From a virus (taxonomy: Duplodnaviria > Caudoviricetes): 58,143 bases of DNA. How positions within the stretch are numbered: position 1 is the stretch's first letter; every line of letters begins with the position of its first letter. Positions 27,208 to 36,848 of this stretch are shown here, in pieces. The stretch lies in IMG/VR virus record IMGVR_UViG_3300014656_000033, positions 1 to 58,143 of that record, one strand, 5' to 3'. Below the pieces are notes generated by a model that saw nothing but the letters and a program-made list of their open reading frames with translations, did not search any database and was not told where the DNA came from. Both the position numbers and the translations under genes were made by a program.

Positions 27208-29780
27208 TATATAGCCATCTCCAATCTGTAATTTTTCATTACTGCGTCCCGCAAAACAGCATCAAATAGTTTTCCAACAGCCCCTATGGAATACTGGGCC
27301 TGTATTGTTTTCCTTGCTTCTTTTCCCATTTTGTGTAGTGCTTTTCTGTTTTCATAAGCGTGCCTCATGCTTTTTTTTGCTTGCATTATGTCGGGAACCG
27401 CCCAGCATTGTTCTCCATCATAACACGACCACATCATGCTATGAACTGGTTCTAAAATATAACCTATCGGATAAGAGTTTTTTTCAGTAAGATAATCCTC
27501 GCAGGCATAAAAGTTTGTGGCTATTACTGGCTTCTCGCAAGCCATAGCCTCAGCGATAGGCAGCCCAAAGCCTTCGCCGCGATGCAATAAAACAAAACAA
27601 TCGCCGGAATTATGTAGATCGAGCATTTCGCTTCCATCAAGTAATGTTGTTACTAATTCAACCTCAGGATATTCATGCGGGGATGATTTTGCCGATAGCG
27701 GAAAGGCCAGCCTTAGTTTGTAAAATTCATCCATCAGTTTTTTCGTCTCAGCTTCCGACGTATTCCCCCTGTATGTCTTAATCACCAACTTTACATCATT
27801 GTTGTTTTTGAACTCACTCCAATAAGCTCGCAATAAACCCTGCGGGTTTTTTCTTTCAAGCCACTGGAATATAGAATAAAATACAAACTTACCGCTTGTG
27901 TCTTTTTGTTGTGTTGCCTTGAAATAATCCGTATCTATTGCGTGCCCTATAACGACAACGGGTGTTTTTATTCCGGCTTCTTTGATAATCTTTTTTTGAA
28001 AGTTGCTTGGAACAAGCAATATATCTACTGAAGTCAACGCATCAACCCAGTCGTTGGGTATCATGGTTGTTTCCCATGCAAAATACAGTAGGTTTGGTAT
28101 GCTTTCGGAAAGTTCTTTTTTGTATATTTCGCCCACTACACTGGGTATCATTTGAAAGATTCTTACATCCGGCTTTATTTTTTTGTCTAAACACCGATAT
28201 ATTATTTCTTCCTCTTTCCCTAAATCAGGCCTCTGCTGTCCATCGAAATTATGGTGTTTACATGAAACATTATGCCCGACCAAGTCAAGAGCAATTATAT
28301 TTTTTCTTGTCGCCGAAGCATATCCTGACGGATCAAGGATGGGGCCAATGTATTCAATGTTCAAAGCGTCGGGCGCATATGTTCTGATTATTGGTTCTGA
28401 CTTTTTGATTTCAACTATTGACTTTACAGTGGTCGGAACAAACTTGATCTTCCTCTTCCCGCCGCGCATTTCAACCACCTTTTCCGCCACCATCTCAGCC
28501 GTAATCGACGCCATGCAAGGAGCCGGAAGGTGTTTCGGCCCGATAACGTCGATGCAATTCCCGCGCTCCCAATCAAAACACGGGTATTTCAAGCACGTCC
28601 CCACTGGCGGCACCATCGCATCAACGGTCGGGTAATACGCGATCCGGTATTCTGGCGGCATGTTCCCGAATATCGCTACCGTCGGGACGTACTGAGAGGC
28701 CGCAATATGTAGCAATCCGGTATCCGGGGTCACCACAACAGCGCATTCACGGATTAGAGTTGCCGCTTCCCGGATAGTTAGGGTGCCGGTAGTGTTTATT
28801 ACGCGCCCGCCCAGAGCCTCCCAGTCGCGCCGTGTTGCGTCAAACAGCACAGGGACGTATCCACGCACCGTTAAGTCATAAACTAACGCCTCGTAATGAA
28901 CCTCCGGCCAGCACCGGGTATCAGATACGGCGCTTAGAACCACGCCGATATAACCTTTTTTAGCAGGACAGGCCGCAAGGTATTGTTTAGCCCATTGTAT
29001 TTCGTCGTCGGCCAGCGGCATATCCGGCGCGAAATCTTCCGTTCCTTCTGGAATTACTACGCCGCAAGCCTCGGACAATATGTCTTGGCGGTTTTTATCG
29101 AAGCGTTCACCGGAGCGCTCTGGTACTGAGTTGAGTTCATACACAGCGTCGAAAACTTCCTCAATGCCCGGATAAACTATGCCCCACGGCCATTTGACGG
29201 GTTTGCCGAGGTTATTGATGTCAATCACGCCGTCGATGTAGTTGTGCGTTATTTCTTCCTCGAATTTATTGGCTGCGCTGACTGGCTCGAAGTCGCGCCG
29301 CTTGATTAGTTGTTTAAATAGATTAAGATTCAGCCGCGTCGTTGGCTTGTCTTTGTATATTCGTCCTATTCCCAACGTCGGCATATCAAGGGATGGCGAA
29401 TCGCCCCTATAGACTACCCGCGTGTCCGCGATACTCCTAAACAACCCCGCGTGCGTGACGGTTGTTGCGAACCAAACAACTGTCCCGGCTCCGTACTTGG
29501 CTTTTATCAATTCCGGTATTCTCGAACACATCAGCACGTCGCCGAGCCCACCGCTCCTAATTATCAGGAAGGCTTTCGGATACGATAACAGCGCCTTCAT
29601 TACGGCTGGGCGGTTCTGTTTGCCTTTTTCTCTGTTGGATAGATTAAAACAGTGTGTTTTAAATTCATGCGGCGGCAAACATGCCCGAATATCATCAATG
29701 CGGGCATTTACTTCCTGTTCCGCCCCCTCAACTATGCTGTAGTCGATTTCCATTGTAGTGAAAGATGGGCGGGGGGCCAA
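27207..29780 (-). CDS. bifunctional glycosyltransferase: GT9 (heptosyltransferase-like) fused to GT4
   Basis: GLGDVL, RCWP, PDTGLLHIAA, VPTVAIFG (GT9); SGYA, AWET, RKN, EGFGLPIAEAMAC (GT4). Confidence 0.9.
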   Translation of the reverse strand: MAPRPSFTTMEIDYSIVEGAEQEVNARIDDIRACLPPHEFKTHCFNLSNREKGKQNRPAVMKALLSYPKAFLIIRSGGLGDVLMCSRIPELIKAKYGAGTVVWFATTVTHAGLFRSIADTRVVYRGDSPSLDMPTLGIGRIYKDKPTTRLNLNLFKQLIKRRDFEPVSAANKFEEEITHNYIDGVIDINNLGKPVKWPWGIVYPGIEEVFDAVYELNSVPERSGERFDKNRQDILSEACGVVIPEGTEDFAPDMPLADDEIQWAKQYLAACPAKKGYIGVVLSAVSDTRCWPEVHYEALVYDLTVRGYVPVLFDATRRDWEALGGRVINTTGTLTIREAATLIRECAVVVTPDTGLLHIAASQYVPTVAIFGNMPPEYRIAYYPTVDAMVPPVGTCLKYPCFDWERGNCIDVIGPKHLPAPCMASITAEMVAEKVVEMRGGKRKIKFVPTTVKSIVEIKKSEPIIRTYAPDALNIEYIGPILDPSGYASATRKNIIALDLVGHNVSCKHHNFDGQQRPDLGKEEEIIYRCLDKKIKPDVRIFQMIPSVVGEIYKKELSESIPNLLYFAWETTMIPNDWVDALTSVDILLVPSNFQKKIIKEAGIKTPVVVIGHAIDTDYFKATQQKDTSGKFVFYSIFQWLERKNPQGLLRAYWSEFKNNNDVKLVIKTYRGNTSEAETKKLMDEFYKLRLAFPLSAKSSPHEYPEVELVTTLLDGSEMLDLHNSGDCFVLLHRGEGFGLPIAEAMACEKPVIATNFYACEDYLTEKNSYPIGYILEPVHSMMWSCYDGEQCWAVPDIMQAKKSMRHAYENRKALHKMGKEARKTIQAQYSIGAVGKLFDAVLRDAVMKNYRLEMAI

Positions 29781-29792
29781 TGCCCCCCACCC
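29767..29792 (-). terminator. GC-rich hairpin after the capsid gene enclosing the RBS/TTG start of the GT gene
   Basis: gggtggggggc-attg-gccccccgccc on the minus strand. Confidence 0.6.
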
Positions 29793-29805
29793 TGAAATGA
29801 ACTTG

Positions 29806-30795
29806 TTACGTTGTCACATCCGCGTAAATAACAGCGTTGGGCTGTTTCAGTACGGGAAGGAACTTCTGGCCAACCACTACTGACTGGCCCGCCGGATTCT
29901 TCGACGTGTAGCTGTATGCGTACTTTCCGATAATTTTGGAAAGCGCATCGCCGCTCGGCACCATCGAGTGTCCGCCGATTACCTCCGCGACTTCGGTGGT
30001 GATTGCGGGCAGCATAATCAGCGTATCGTCGGGAACAAACGCGGTCGTAGTTCCTGCGGGATTCGTATAGAAATCATCATAGACTTTCCACGTAATCCCC
30101 ATGAACTCATTGATCGCGCCGGTCTTGCCGACCTGCTCACGGAACGCCGCCTGTCCAAGAAGGTTCTGAACCGAGGTGTTGATGAGCATGTAACCCATCG
30201 TTACTGAATTCACGATGGCCTGAGTTATCGGCAACCCGCCATCCTTCTGTGCAAGCAGCTTCCATGCCTTGATGTCGCCAACGATGTTGGTCGTGCTTGT
30301 CGCCCACGACACAGCCGCTGTCGGCTTGTGGGTGCCATCGATGCCGTAATCGACTGAAAAGATCACGCCCTCCGCTGCGGCCTGAATGTCGGTGCTGGCG
30401 AAAGTTCCGCTGAACATTTTCCAGATGGAAAGTTCTTTGGTCTTTTCCAGAATGGTATTCAGGTTCGAGGACTCGCGCAACACATGGGCGTTCGGGTCAA
30501 CCTGATTGACGGTGCCCGGAACGCGGGCGAGCAGGTCGCCGCTGTTGAGGGTGTTGCTGAGTTTACAATGGCCGAACGCGGCGGTCTTGAGGGTTCTGCC
30601 GACCTTCGGCTTGGTCGTGGCGGGCGCATCGTCAGAAGTAAACGGCGCAACGCCTCGGCTGAAAGTAATCTGATCCCATCTTGCCGAATCCGCATCGTAT
30701 GCGTTTTCCGGCACAAGGGAAAGGCCCATCAAGCCCATCGGGGGCTTGTAAAGCTGGACGGTCTGGGAAAATGCATGTGTGTCGTTGATGTCCAT
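29806..30795 (-). CDS. major capsid protein (lambda gpE-like family)
   Basis: APFTS, VDYGI..HK, W...NIVGDI, FVPDD, LPV motifs; synteny. Confidence 0.9.
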   Translation of the reverse strand: MDINDTHAFSQTVQLYKPPMGLMGLSLVPENAYDADSARWDQITFSRGVAPFTSDDAPATTKPKVGRTLKTAAFGHCKLSNTLNSGDLLARVPGTVNQVDPNAHVLRESSNLNTILEKTKELSIWKMFSGTFASTDIQAAAEGVIFSVDYGIDGTHKPTAAVSWATSTTNIVGDIKAWKLLAQKDGGLPITQAIVNSVTMGYMLINTSVQNLLGQAAFREQVGKTGAINEFMGITWKVYDDFYTNPAGTTTAFVPDDTLIMLPAITTEVAEVIGGHSMVPSGDALSKIIGKYAYSYTSKNPAGQSVVVGQKFLPVLKQPNAVIYADVTT

Positions 30796-30805
30796 GTTGT
30801 CCCCC

Positions 30806-31381
30806 TTATACGAAGTTGACGAGCGGCAGATCGGCTTTCACCTGCGCGTCGACCAGAGTCAATGCTGACTCATCCGCGCTGACGGCGTGAATAACTGCCG
30901 CCACTGCCTTATCGGTGTAGTCCTCGTCGTCGTCGGACGTTCCGGTTTCGGTCTGGCCGATCAGAATGCCGACGGCCGTTTCCGAACCATTGACCACGCG
31001 CACGAGGTCGCCAGCGGCATAAGCCGATGTAATGGCATAGGCCAGCGTAATCGTGTTGTTCACGAGGTCGGTGTCCGTGACCGCGAAAGAATCCGTGGCG
31101 GCAGCGTTAGCCGCCTGCATGAGTTTCACGGTGACACCGACAGTAATTTTGCTCGCGTCGGTAACAGATATGACGGTCTGTCCGATTGCCTCGGTTGCGC
31201 TGACGGTCGTGTATCCGACAGGAACGCACTTGCCGGACGCGGTTATGCGCCCGATGGGTGTCCCGTCTGCCACTGAACCACAGCCCGCCTGAAGCGTGAA
31301 AGAATCGCTCATCCAATGCCCGGACATAAGCCATCCGGCATCGGCAACGGTTGCGAGTGTTTGCAAATTCGGAGTATCCAT
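30806..31381 (-). CDS. head decoration protein
   Basis: GTPIGRITASGK...GSETAVGIL pattern with inserted domain. Confidence 0.8.
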   Translation of the reverse strand: MDTPNLQTLATVADAGWLMSGHWMSDSFTLQAGCGSVADGTPIGRITASGKCVPVGYTTVSATEAIGQTVISVTDASKITVGVTVKLMQAANAAATDSFAVTDTDLVNNTITLAYAITSAYAAGDLVRVVNGSETAVGILIGQTETGTSDDDEDYTDKAVAAVIHAVSADESALTLVDAQVKADLPLVNFV

Positions 31382-31410
31382 AAATCACCTCCCTTTATAT
31401 TGATCGATGG

Positions 31411-33189
31411 TTAACCGGTTACGGTTTCCACCATCGGTATTCCCTGCGCCTTCGCCGACGCCAGCATCGCGTCTGCGTTGGATTTCGTTTCAGGTTTCTC
31501 GCCGCTGGTCAGCTTGGTTAAATTCACAAGCCCGGCGTCCCTGAGCTCGATCAGGAGTCCCTGTAGTGCGTCGACCATGCTGAATTCCTCGTCCTTGTCA
31601 CCGGCACGAAGCATTACTTTCCCCTCGTTCTCATACAGAGAGGTCAGCAACACTTTTGCTTTGTCGATAACGGGTTGCGGCAGGGCGTTGCCCTTTGCGG
31701 ATTTCTCGGCCAACACACCGGCCATCTTGTCAAGTTCCATCTTCTTGACCTTCCCGTGTTCCACGGCGAGCTTCGCGGTATAGTCCGCTTCGAGTTCCTG
31801 CCGCATTTTCACAAGCGGGTCGTCCTCTTTCTTCGGCGGGTTAATCTGCTTCCGCAACTTCTCGATCTCCGCATCCTTCTCTGCAACAGCCGCCTTCACC
31901 TTGTCATCCACGCCCGCCGCCAACTTCTCGGCGTCCCCTGCTTTCTTCTCCATCTCTTTAATCACGCCCTCCATCTTCAACCGAAGTTCTTTGTCTTCGA
32001 TTTTCTCCAGCGCTTTCTTCAGTTCCTCTTTGGTCATATTGTCACCTCCTTCTTTCTTGTTTATTTCATCCCATGCCGCACTTAATGCAACGACCGCATC
32101 CTCGAAATTCTCAGCGGCGGCGGCGATGGGTAATTTTGCTGGCATTATCGATGTAAGCTGCGGAACATCAACGTAAGCCGACCCCAACAGCACATAACCG
32201 TAATCTTTCTTCGCAACTGAATCTTTGTACTGCCCCGGTTTCAAGAATTCTGCGCTCCGGCGCGTCCATGTCCCACGCTGTATCTTGCCGAGGGCTTCGG
32301 GTTCTGTAATTACTTCATCGCCCACGAGGGCGCGAACCGCAACGGACTTGCCTCCGGGCATTGGGATATTGACGTTTTCAACCCGGACGTTTTCCCAATA
32401 CCCGATTATGTCCTTTACGCTTTCGGTGTGGTCGGCTTTGACATAGGGCCGAAGATAAGCGGACTGCGATCCCATGAGTTCCGCGAAGTTCGCGGCCATT
32501 TCATCAAGAACGGTGCCAGTTATTTTTAACTTGCCATCCCGCCATTCCCCTTCGTGAAGAATGATTTGATTGGGAATCTTATTACCCTCAGATTCCTTCG
32601 ATGCTACCGCCACGGATAATGCTATGAAATCGGGCTTGTATGATTGCGTTGTTTTGTTTTCCACTTTAGCCACCCCCTCTGATTTCAACTTGCACACGAA
32701 TAGGTCAATGCCGTCGCCAGCGTTCTGCTTCTTAGAGGACGCCGAACATAACGACTTTTCAAATTGATTGAACGTCATTGTTTTGTTGTCGGAGTTGCCG
32801 TCAATAACGATTCTATAGCCGCGCTTATTCAGCCAGTCAAGCGCATCCTGTAGTTGGTATTTCTGCGAATCAAACGTCACGCTCTGAACCCGCCAGTCAG
32901 AAGCATACGCCAGCGATTCAGGTTCAAGCCCAGCTTCAAAAGCAATGGCGTCCAGAATCGCGCTCATGTTGCCTTTCTTCTTAACCACCCATTCACCGTC
33001 TTTGATTTCATAGGCGTCCCTGAACCGCGCAATAGCTAACGCCATTGGCTTGTCCACGGGCGGGTCTGCTTTCATTAGCGCGTCGTGTATCTGGGCTATG
33101 TAGTTGATTTGCAGAAGCGTCAATTCAACGTCGTCCAATATGGTTATGAACTTCCCGGCCTTGGCGTCTTCGATTGATATGTAGGGCAT
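31411..33189 (-). CDS. prohead protease/scaffold (Mu gpI-like) with N-terminal ChaB-like domain
   Basis: ADH...IIGYW, RRSAEF, GSAYVDVP; C-terminal coiled coil; N-terminal MPY...AIARFRDAYEIKDGEW. Confidence 0.8.
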   Translation of the reverse strand: MPYISIEDAKAGKFITILDDVELTLLQINYIAQIHDALMKADPPVDKPMALAIARFRDAYEIKDGEWVVKKKGNMSAILDAIAFEAGLEPESLAYASDWRVQSVTFDSQKYQLQDALDWLNKRGYRIVIDGNSDNKTMTFNQFEKSLCSASSKKQNAGDGIDLFVCKLKSEGVAKVENKTTQSYKPDFIALSVAVASKESEGNKIPNQIILHEGEWRDGKLKITGTVLDEMAANFAELMGSQSAYLRPYVKADHTESVKDIIGYWENVRVENVNIPMPGGKSVAVRALVGDEVITEPEALGKIQRGTWTRRSAEFLKPGQYKDSVAKKDYGYVLLGSAYVDVPQLTSIMPAKLPIAAAAENFEDAVVALSAAWDEINKKEGGDNMTKEELKKALEKIEDKELRLKMEGVIKEMEKKAGDAEKLAAGVDDKVKAAVAEKDAEIEKLRKQINPPKKEDDPLVKMRQELEADYTAKLAVEHGKVKKMELDKMAGVLAEKSAKGNALPQPVIDKAKVLLTSLYENEGKVMLRAGDKDEEFSMVDALQGLLIELRDAGLVNLTKLTSGEKPETKSNADAMLASAKAQGIPMVETVTG

Positions 33190-33192
33190 AAA

Positions 33193-35571
33193 TCATTCCC
33201 CCTTTGTCAGACCGAGCCTATCGGTAAAGGCAGGGGCGTCCTTTAGTGTTTTTTCATCCGGCCTCTTGTAATCGAAAGTTCTTGTTTCGATATCTTTTTC
33301 TGTGCTTAGTGTGTAGACAAACATGCAGCCACAATTCGGATGAAAATTACAGGATTGTAACGCCTCATAATCAGGGTCTTTGGCCGATATGAATTGCGGG
33401 ACGGCTTCTTCGGCATCGCCGCCCATCGCTAAACAGAAATCGCAGACCTTAGAATCCATACGGTTAGTCACTACCCCGCCGACAATATCGACATCATCGG
33501 GCAGATCGAAATCTTCATCAGCAAACACGTTGCGGCCTGAGTTATACGCGCCCATCGTGTTATAAGCCGCATCAGCATAAAGCGTCCGGCCCGCCTTTGC
33601 GCCTTCCGTGGTTCCAACAACGAAGGTGTCGACGGCCGTATTGATTCCGGCCACGGCGTCGGCAACTGGCAGCCCTCCGTAAACGGCGTTGAGCGTGTTG
33701 TTTGTAATTGCTTCCTCGATGAGCGCGACGTGCTTAGAGGCTATCTTTTCGGCCTTGAGCGCAAGTTCATCCGTGACGGCGGGTGTCAGCTTCCCTACTT
33801 TCTTGATGCCGTACTCGTCAAGGATTTCGCCAAGTCCTCTATTGGCAGTATCAATAAGGGATGATTTGATTTGGTCTGTGTATTTCCCGAAGTTCAGCCT
33901 GAGTTTTTTTATCTGCGCTATCTTTCCGGCTTTCGTTGGGTTGTCCTTCCAGATTTGCTTAACAACGGCATTGAGCTTTTTCTTTTCGGCATCGGTCAGT
34001 TTCTTTACACCGCCGATGAACTCCTGCTCGATTCCCTTCTGGATGTCGCGCTGTATTTGTAAGTAGTTAATTTTCTTTTCCCATTCATAAGGCTCGCGCC
34101 ACGCCTTGAATGATTCTGATGGGTCGAACTCGGCGGCAAGATGCTCGTGATCGCAACGGGCGCGTGTCTGCGTCGGCGGCTGTTCTTCGGATTTCTGTTC
34201 TGGCGCTGGCGTTTCGGCTTCCGGTTCCGGTTTGACATCTACAGCCGGGTTTTCCTCGTCGGCAGGCGCCTGTTCTTCTTCGCCGTCTGGTTTTACCGGA
34301 ACATTCAATGCTTCGAACATTGCTTTTCCATCGAGGTCGCGAACAAATTCGGGATTCTGTAAAAGCCCCTTGACTATCTCGGTATATATTTCTTTCGTGT
34401 TGTCACTGAATCCCGCCGTGGTCAAATATGCGCGTGGCGCATCCATACCGAAGTTGTAATTCACAAGGTCGGGCAGGATGTAATCGTTGACGTTCTGTAT
34501 GTACCAGTTCAGTAAATCTTCCTGAATGTCAATCATTGTGGTGCGGGATGTTTTGCTCTGCGCGTATGTTCCGGTAGATGAGCCGCTCCTGATAGCTACC
34601 ATTTCGGGAATGAAGATAGCCCGGAACTTCGCCGGTGTATAGATGTTGTTATAGACAGACCATATTTGTGCGGCCTTATCGTCGTCTTTCATGTATTCAG
34701 CATCCCAAAGATACAGTTTGGATTCGCGATCCTGTGTCGATGGCAATGCAATAACGGAATTAGTCATTATTGATGTACCCATATTGATTGCTGTATCTGC
34801 GTTATCGTATTCAGTGCCGCCATCATCTACCGACCTACCGAGGGGATAGCGCATTTTTAGTGCTGGCGAGCCACGGCGCTCCAAGTACATGGCGAGGTCG
34901 AGTAAACATTTGCGGCCCTGATACCAGGGATCGTAAGCATTCACCAGAATCGAGCGCCCGTATTTGTTGCCATACTGTTCATCCCATGTTGCGATAAATG
35001 CTTTTTCAACATCCACCTTAATATCGCCAGTGTTGGTTTTCTGAATATAACCGGCAAATATATCGTCCTTTTTGATTATGCTTACCGAATCCGGATAGTT
35101 GTCTTTGAGCTTTTCATAAACATAGGCGTTATCGTATCGCTTGGATTCCATCTGCTTGGTGTCGGGGTTCTCGCGCTGGAGTTCTAATCCCTTCACCTGC
35201 ATCCATACTTTTTCGTGCGGGATAAACCCACGCGCCAGCGCCCTTAGTGACGATCGCGCAAGCTCGCGGTGAATCTTTTCATAAGCGTTTTCCACGAACC
35301 GCTGAATATCGGGATCTTCACACTCGACATCCCACTGTATACCGTAAATGGGAGCCTTGCGGATAGACAAGGCCAGCGCAATGTCGGGGTCAGCTTCCAT
35401 TTTCTCGAACGTCGATTGCGTTATTTGCGATGGGTTGTACTGGCCCAGCGAGCCTTCTACCGCCGTATAATACCGGCTGCGAGTCTGTGAACCCAATTGG
35501 GGTTTGCCGCCTTTTGCTGGTTTCGTTTCGGTTTTAGCCATTATCTCAACATCACCCCCGTTGGGCGGCAA
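33193..35571 (-). CDS. portal protein (Mu gp29/DUF935-like) fused to MuF-like minor head domain
   Basis: YGRSILVNAY, ERRGSP, GTYAQSKT; C-terminal VCDFC...FHPNCGC. Confidence 0.85.
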   Translation of the reverse strand: MPPNGGDVEIMAKTETKPAKGGKPQLGSQTRSRYYTAVEGSLGQYNPSQITQSTFEKMEADPDIALALSIRKAPIYGIQWDVECEDPDIQRFVENAYEKIHRELARSSLRALARGFIPHEKVWMQVKGLELQRENPDTKQMESKRYDNAYVYEKLKDNYPDSVSIIKKDDIFAGYIQKTNTGDIKVDVEKAFIATWDEQYGNKYGRSILVNAYDPWYQGRKCLLDLAMYLERRGSPALKMRYPLGRSVDDGGTEYDNADTAINMGTSIMTNSVIALPSTQDRESKLYLWDAEYMKDDDKAAQIWSVYNNIYTPAKFRAIFIPEMVAIRSGSSTGTYAQSKTSRTTMIDIQEDLLNWYIQNVNDYILPDLVNYNFGMDAPRAYLTTAGFSDNTKEIYTEIVKGLLQNPEFVRDLDGKAMFEALNVPVKPDGEEEQAPADEENPAVDVKPEPEAETPAPEQKSEEQPPTQTRARCDHEHLAAEFDPSESFKAWREPYEWEKKINYLQIQRDIQKGIEQEFIGGVKKLTDAEKKKLNAVVKQIWKDNPTKAGKIAQIKKLRLNFGKYTDQIKSSLIDTANRGLGEILDEYGIKKVGKLTPAVTDELALKAEKIASKHVALIEEAITNNTLNAVYGGLPVADAVAGINTAVDTFVVGTTEGAKAGRTLYADAAYNTMGAYNSGRNVFADEDFDLPDDVDIVGGVVTNRMDSKVCDFCLAMGGDAEEAVPQFISAKDPDYEALQSCNFHPNCGCMFVYTLSTEKDIETRTFDYKRPDEKTLKDAPAFTDRLGLTKGE

Positions 35572-35750
35572 CGTCCGGGTGCTCGCCTGTCATCGTGTTT
35601 TGAAACATCAAGGGGCTTTATGCCATAGCTGACGGCCTCGTGTGCCGCCATCGCATCGAGGCTATGCTGAATCGCCGTGTCTTCATAAAGCGAAGCGTCT
35701 TCTATCGAAATACTTTTGATCGCTGAGGGATGTATTCTGATTGTCGGCAT
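35541..35750 (-). CDS. small hypothetical protein upstream of portal
   Basis: AAGGGG RBS before ATG 35750 (MPTIRIHP...). Confidence 0.45.
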   Translation of the reverse strand: MPTIRIHPSAIKSISIEDASLYEDTAIQHSLDAMAAHEAVSYGIKPLDVSKHDDRRAPGRCRPTGVMLR

Positions 35751-35766
35751 TGTACCCCTTAAACGC

Positions 35767-35923
35767 AAAAAGCCCGAACCGGGAAACCCGGTCGGGCAGG
35801 AAACTTATCTGGCCTTGCCCTTATGCTATTTTATGCAAAAAATCAAGACGGCTTACCTGCCGACTCGATTAAACTTTGCGCACCAACATGAATAACCATA
35901 GCATACTTTTAGCGATTTGTCAA
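35767..35923 (-). promoter_or_regulatory. promoter plus leader with terminator/antiterminator before head genes
   Basis: TTGACA(35923-35918)-17-TATGGT; terminator gcccgaccggg-ttt-cccggttcgggc-ttttt; alternative pairing 35856-35864 with 35791-35800. Confidence 0.7.
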
Positions 35924-35952
35924 ATCATTTAGCAATTCTCTGTATTCCCCCC

Positions 35953-36141
35953 TTAAAGTCTATCAAGTAATTTCGCGCAAAGCGATACACTGAATAGCGC
36001 CTCCGCTTCCCGTATATCAACAAACTTGAATTCCGCAATCTCTACAAAGCGGCCTTTGTCGTCCTTGATGGTCGTCAACTTTGCGCGGGGGGCGCGGTCA
36101 ATCAAGAAGCGGTGCAGGATGTCGGCTTCTGATTTTGTCAA
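35953..36141 (-). CDS. hypothetical protein
   Basis: GGAG RBS, overlapping TTG start. Confidence 0.45.
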   Translation of the reverse strand: MTKSEADILHRFLIDRAPRAKLTTIKDDKGRFVEIAEFKFVDIREAEALFSVSLCAKLLDRL

Positions 36142-36848
36142 TTCTCCAACACCACCTCGGCAAGCTCATATCTCAGGATGTGCGGGGCGCTACACCCCAA
36201 ACAAGTAGCGGCCCATATTAGGTCGCCGCTATGGTCAACGCCTCGGTCGCCAGTAACATAAAGCGTTGGGTGTCCACATATACGACATTTCGCATCTTTT
36301 ACGGTGCTGGTTTCCGTCGGGTCTGGCGGCAGCGCAAACACAAAGTCGTCGCGGCCCTCATGTTCCGACATCTGTAGTTCGTCCAGTTCTGCCATTGCTC
36401 GGCGGCGGCGAATTTCGTTAAGCATGATTTCTGAAAATTCCAGCGCAAAATCCAAGTGGCTCAGAGCGCGTACTTCCTCGAATCCGTTGGTGTCCAACGC
36501 GGGGCCGCCGTTCGTTGATTCTGTGGCGTCCTCGATGCCTATGGATGGGCCGGGGGCTGGTTCCGGGGCTGGCGGCTCGGCAATGATAGGGCCGGGCTCA
36601 TTGTCGCTTTTGGATACCGTGGTTATGCCGGGAGCGCCGTCACTTGTTGGGTGTTCAATTATCATTATGGGGCTGGCGGCTTGCCGTCGCGTCCAGCCTT
36701 CCCGCTTGGCTTTGTTCCTGATGGTAGATTCAGCTGTCCCGAATTCACGGGCTATCGTGCGGTAAGAAGGCGGCGGCTGGGTGGTTTCCCACGTCAAGCG
36801 GGCACCGGCCCAGTCGATTGCTTTGTTGTATTTACGCTTGTCGGTCAT
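36138..36848 (-). CDS. TerS-like HTH protein with Pro-rich linker and C-terminal zinc ribbon
   Basis: IDW...PSYRTIAREFG...IRNKAKREGW; CRICGH...CLGC. Confidence 0.65.
   Translation of the reverse strand: MTDKRKYNKAIDWAGARLTWETTQPPPSYRTIAREFGTAESTIRNKAKREGWTRRQAASPIMIIEHPTSDGAPGITTVSKSDNEPGPIIAEPPAPEPAPGPSIGIEDATESTNGGPALDTNGFEEVRALSHLDFALEFSEIMLNEIRRRRAMAELDELQMSEHEGRDDFVFALPPDPTETSTVKDAKCRICGHPTLYVTGDRGVDHSGDLIWAATCLGCSAPHILRYELAEVVLEN

Noticed and set aside
7826-35571. Numerous plus-strand ORFs opposite the structural genes
   Set aside because: Antisense shadows of GC-rich coding sequence, without RBS or motifs
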